DNA of 62,678 nucleotides, filler included. It is 6 parts of 6 records of this genome, joined end to end, with 100 filler letters (N's around TTAATTAATTAA, not from the genome) between each part and the next. Parts side by side here need not be neighbours in the genome. Positions count along the whole stretch, not along the records: positions 55,287 to 62,678 come from DRR378314_784; 5 more parts are not named here. One strand, 5' to 3'. The notes beneath the pieces were generated by a model. That model was not told where the DNA came from. It made no database searches and saw nothing but the letters and a program-made list of their open reading frames with translations. Shown one piece after another: positions 59,867 through 62,678 of this stretch; position 1 is the stretch's first letter; every line of letters starts with the position of its first letter. Both the position numbers and the translations under genes were made by a program.

Positions 59867-60202
59867 ATGTCTCTACCTTCTTGTCCTAAATGTCAGTCTG
59901 ACTATGTTTATGAAGATCAAACTCTATTAATTTGTCCTGAATGTGCGTTTGAGTGGGATCCCACTCAAAATGACGTCGATGATGCTGTTAAAGTTAAAGA
60001 CGCCAATGGAACACTGTTAGCTGAGGGTGACAAAGTGACTGTGGTTAAAGACTTGAAAATAAAAGGCAGCTCTCAGGTAATTAAAATTGGTACTAAAGCC
60101 GTGATCCGCTGGATTAAAGACACAAAAGATCATGAGCTTGACTGTAAAGTGGATGGCGTTGGTGAAATGATGGTAACTGCTAAGTTTGTAAAAAAAGCTT
60201 GA
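59867..60202 (+). CDS. Zinc-ribbon protein YjdM (PhnA-like)
   Basis: CPKC...[23 protein letters not shown]. Confidence 0.9.
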   Translation: MSLPSCPKCQSDYVYEDQTLLICPECAFEWDPTQNDVDDAVKVKDANGTLLAEGDKVTVVKDLKIKGSSQVIKIGTKAVIRWIKDTKDHELDCKVDGVGEMMVTAKFVKKA

Positions 60203-60288
60203 TAAGACAGACGCTGTGTAATTAGAGTTTTGTTGTATAAAACGAGTAAAGACTGATAAGCGTATAAACTTAATTTACTATCAAAGGC

Positions 60289-60510
60289 ATGCCAATGAAC
60301 CAAATAAATCCTCGCAAATTATTACGCAGTAAGTGGACAGCAGTATCACCGATCAATAAAGAAAAACACTTCATAATTACCGACATTGAATTTGATGAAG
60401 AGGGTGTGGTCATCCATTGTGAAATAGAAGCTGTAATGTCAAAACGAACTCAATTAATTGATTGGCGACAGCTTAAAGAGCAAGACGTGTGGCTCCAAGG
60501 GTGGAAATAA
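60289..60510 (+). CDS. TIGR02450-type Trp-rich small protein
   Basis: NPRKLLRSKWTA..P..KEKHF...IEAV...W..L...WLQGW. Confidence 0.85.
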   Translation: MPMNQINPRKLLRSKWTAVSPINKEKHFIITDIEFDEEGVVIHCEIEAVMSKRTQLIDWRQLKEQDVWLQGWK

Positions 60511-60560
60511 AAATCGGCGAGTGTGTTATTATTTCATTTCTACAATAAAGGGTCTTTAAA

Positions 60561-60992
60561 ATGATGAATACAAAGCTGTATAAACGTGTACTAAATCTTG
60601 CTGGCGATCTTGTTCATGCTGCGCAGAGAAAAGATCAAAAGAAATTTGACGCGCTTTACAATGATCTCAAAGCCCTGTGTATAGAAAACGATAACACAGA
60701 AAAAGATCACCCAGTGCAGTGGGAAACGTTAGCTGATTTTACTGACGAATTCAGTGATGCCATTACGCTATACGAAAAAGCACTGGCTAAAGCATCAGCT
60801 ATTAATGCTAAAGATTACATGTCATCAATAGGTTACTCATTAGCAACGATGCATGTTGAATTAGGCCAACAACCGCAAGCTATTAAAGCGCTTGAAGCAG
60901 CCAAGGTGAGTGCGAATAAAATTGCAGATAAAGAACTCAAAGCGGAAATTGAAGACTTATTAGCTGACTTAAAAGGCCCAAGGAATAAGTGA
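60561..60992 (+). CDS. Hypothetical TPR-like helical protein
   Basis: HPVQWETLADF, AITLYEKAL helical repeats. Confidence 0.7.
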   Translation: MMNTKLYKRVLNLAGDLVHAAQRKDQKKFDALYNDLKALCIENDNTEKDHPVQWETLADFTDEFSDAITLYEKALAKASAINAKDYMSSIGYSLATMHVELGQQPQAIKALEAAKVSANKIADKELKAEIEDLLADLKGPRNK

Positions 60993-61441
60993 TGAAAAAA
61001 GTGTTGGTGGTGTGTTTAGGTAATATTTGTCGCTCACCCACAGCAGAAGCTGTTTTAAAGGCAAAAGTGGCTGAGCGTAAAGTCGCTGTAGAGGTCGATT
61101 CCGCTGGCACTATCGGTTACCACGCAGGTAGTCCACCTGATAAACGTTCACAGGCCGCAGGATTAAAGCGTGGTTACAGCTTTAACGGTATGAAATCGCG
61201 CCAAGTTAGCCTTCACGACTTTGACTATTTTGATTTAATACTGGCGGCAGATAAATCTAACTTGGCTGATTTGACCGCGCTTTGCCCATCCCATTTACAG
61301 TATAAGTTAGCCTTGTTTTTAAGTTACGGTAATTCAGTGACTGACGAAATTCCAGACCCTTATTACGGCGGAGAAAATGGCTTTGAGCATGTAGTTGATT
61401 TAATTGAAGAGGCGAGCGAAGCGATTCTCGATACTTTATAA
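60989..61441 (+). CDS. Low-molecular-weight protein-tyrosine phosphatase
   Basis: VCLGNICRS P-loop, DSAGT, DPYY. Confidence 0.95.
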   Translation: MMKKVLVVCLGNICRSPTAEAVLKAKVAERKVAVEVDSAGTIGYHAGSPPDKRSQAAGLKRGYSFNGMKSRQVSLHDFDYFDLILAADKSNLADLTALCPSHLQYKLALFLSYGNSVTDEIPDPYYGGENGFEHVVDLIEEASEAILDTL

Positions 61442-61465
61442 AATAGCCCATAACAGGGCTATTTT
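61440..61465. terminator. Bidirectional terminator
   Basis: AAAATAGCCC-ATAACA-GGGCTATTTT between convergent genes. Confidence 0.8.
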
Positions 61466-61480
61466 TGATTAATAAGGTGT

Positions 61481-62560
61481 TTAACGTATTTTAAAATCAA
61501 GTTGCACCTTGGCTTTGGCCAGTACGGCACGGCCATCTTCAAATTTAGGTGCATAACGCCACTTTTCTATGGCTTTTAATGCCTCTTTTTCAAACGCAAT
61601 TCCACCAACCGATTTTAACACACTGATGTTTTCTACAAATCCAGTTGGTGTGACATCAAATTCCATTTGTACATAGCCGCTGCGTCCTTGTTTAACTTTA
61701 CTTAAAGGATAATCAGGGTTTTCTCGATAGAGCGGAGTTTGCTCTTGATTTTCATTCCATGGCACCATTTTAGCAATCGAGATACAGTGCTTGGTAGCTT
61801 CTTCACTTTGACCTTTTAGTTCATAAAGGTGAACGAGCTTAGAATGCGCACTGAGCTCTGCTTGATGATCAAAGCTCAGCGCATTATCAAATACGTTTAC
61901 AATGCGGTTTAAACGTTTAATCGCTTTGTTATATTTCTTTTTTCCTTGTGCAAAAGCAGCCACTAAAAAATCAGCTTTGATACGCTCAACTGAGTTTTCA
62001 GGTAAATTTTGTGTGTAATATTCATCCGCTTGCTTTAAGTATTTGCGTGCTGTTAGATGTTTTCTGCCAAAGTGTGAATAGGCAAAGTCTTTGGCTGCGG
62101 CTAGTTGCAAGTCAGCAGCTAGCTTAAACTGGTTGTTGTGCTTTGCAAGAGCGATTACTTGATCATACAAATCCACTGCATGAGAGGCGGTTGAGGCGCT
62201 GTTAGCCATACCTGTTAGCGAATCGACCAAGATTAAACTATTTTCAGAGTGGTTTTTGGCTAATATGTTATAAGCACTTTTAAACAAATCATAACGCTCA
62301 ACTTTTGACTCTTTACTTTTGTTTTTAAGTGCATTTGCAAAATTAGTCGCAAGGTTTGCTGTGTTATCTGATGTTGGGCCGTATAACTGCTTTCCTAAAG
62401 TGTAGGCTTGTTTAGCAAAAGGGTAGGCGTTTTCATCCCCTTGTTGGGCTGTTAAATAATTTTGGTAGGCGGTTTTAAAATCAGCGTTTAAAGTTTCATT
62501 TGCCACTGCATAGTTGCTATAAGCTAAACCGAGACACAGCACTAAAGTTGATACCTTCAT
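61481..62560 (-). CDS. TonB C-terminal-domain protein with signal peptide and TPR-like region
   Basis: C-terminal PDYP...GYVQMEFDV..GFVENI.V...FEKEALKAIEKWRYAP; ATG 62560 preferred. Confidence 0.88.
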   Translation of the reverse strand: MKVSTLVLCLGLAYSNYAVANETLNADFKTAYQNYLTAQQGDENAYPFAKQAYTLGKQLYGPTSDNTANLATNFANALKNKSKESKVERYDLFKSAYNILAKNHSENSLILVDSLTGMANSASTASHAVDLYDQVIALAKHNNQFKLAADLQLAAAKDFAYSHFGRKHLTARKYLKQADEYYTQNLPENSVERIKADFLVAAFAQGKKKYNKAIKRLNRIVNVFDNALSFDHQAELSAHSKLVHLYELKGQSEEATKHCISIAKMVPWNENQEQTPLYRENPDYPLSKVKQGRSGYVQMEFDVTPTGFVENISVLKSVGGIAFEKEALKAIEKWRYAPKFEDGRAVLAKAKVQLDFKIR

Positions 62561-62678
62561 AATAATCCTTATTACTTTGTGTTGGCGAATACTACCAAAT
62601 AGGTACGCAGGTGTCATTTATGCGCAGTAATATTAAATGTTAACTGTGGCTTTTAATTCCAACGACGCTCGCATCTTG

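Noticed and set aside
59867-60202. PhnA-like gene as evidence of phosphonate catabolism linked to the Pho operon
   Set aside because: It is the YjdM zinc-ribbon family, not phosphonoacetate hydrolase, and it lies on a different organism's contig.

Overview
This window is not one genome. It is six unrelated contigs joined by artificial 100-nt linkers (44 N + TTAATTAATTAA + 44 N). Taxon labels are inferred from gene content and base composition. (1) 1-19241, GC-rich gammaproteobacterium (Halomonas-like): recQ 3' end; methionine salvage genes mtnA/B/C/D/K; a DeoR regulator divergent from an ABC transporter + beta-CASP-like hydrolase + PNKP-type phosphatase operon with a Pho-box promoter; MFS + GlxA-type regulator; GntR/TRAP/matA/matB malonate module. 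(2) 19342-32865, AT-rich Flavobacteriaceae-like: TPR-AraC regulator; glycosyltransferase/wecB/flippase cluster whose first GT carries an in-frame TAG; a Crp gene followed by a candidate small RNA; parAB-dapB-lepB-wbqC operon. (3) 32966-41905, Pseudoalteromonas-like: thrLABC with attenuator, response regulator, histidine kinase, rdgC; both ends lie in the same ERIC-like repeat. (4) 42006-48182, intron-containing eukaryote: coiled-coil gene, four-exon TM2 + J-domain gene, TTLL gene start. (5) 48283-55186, Rhodobacteraceae-like: RecD-like helicase end, TIGR02186/TauE pair, BMP-type nucleoside ABC transporter. (6) 55287-62678, Pseudoalteromonas-like: M23 peptidase, secreted delta-class carbonic anhydrase beside a two-component system, YjdM, LMW-PTP, TonB-domain protein. 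Best candidates for undescribed biology: the PhoB/DeoR-controlled putative nucleotide/phosphoester scavenging operon (5306-11472), the Crp + candidate sRNA cassette (26729-27443) and the delta-CA + two-component module (56479-59694). All family calls come from motif recognition, not database searches.
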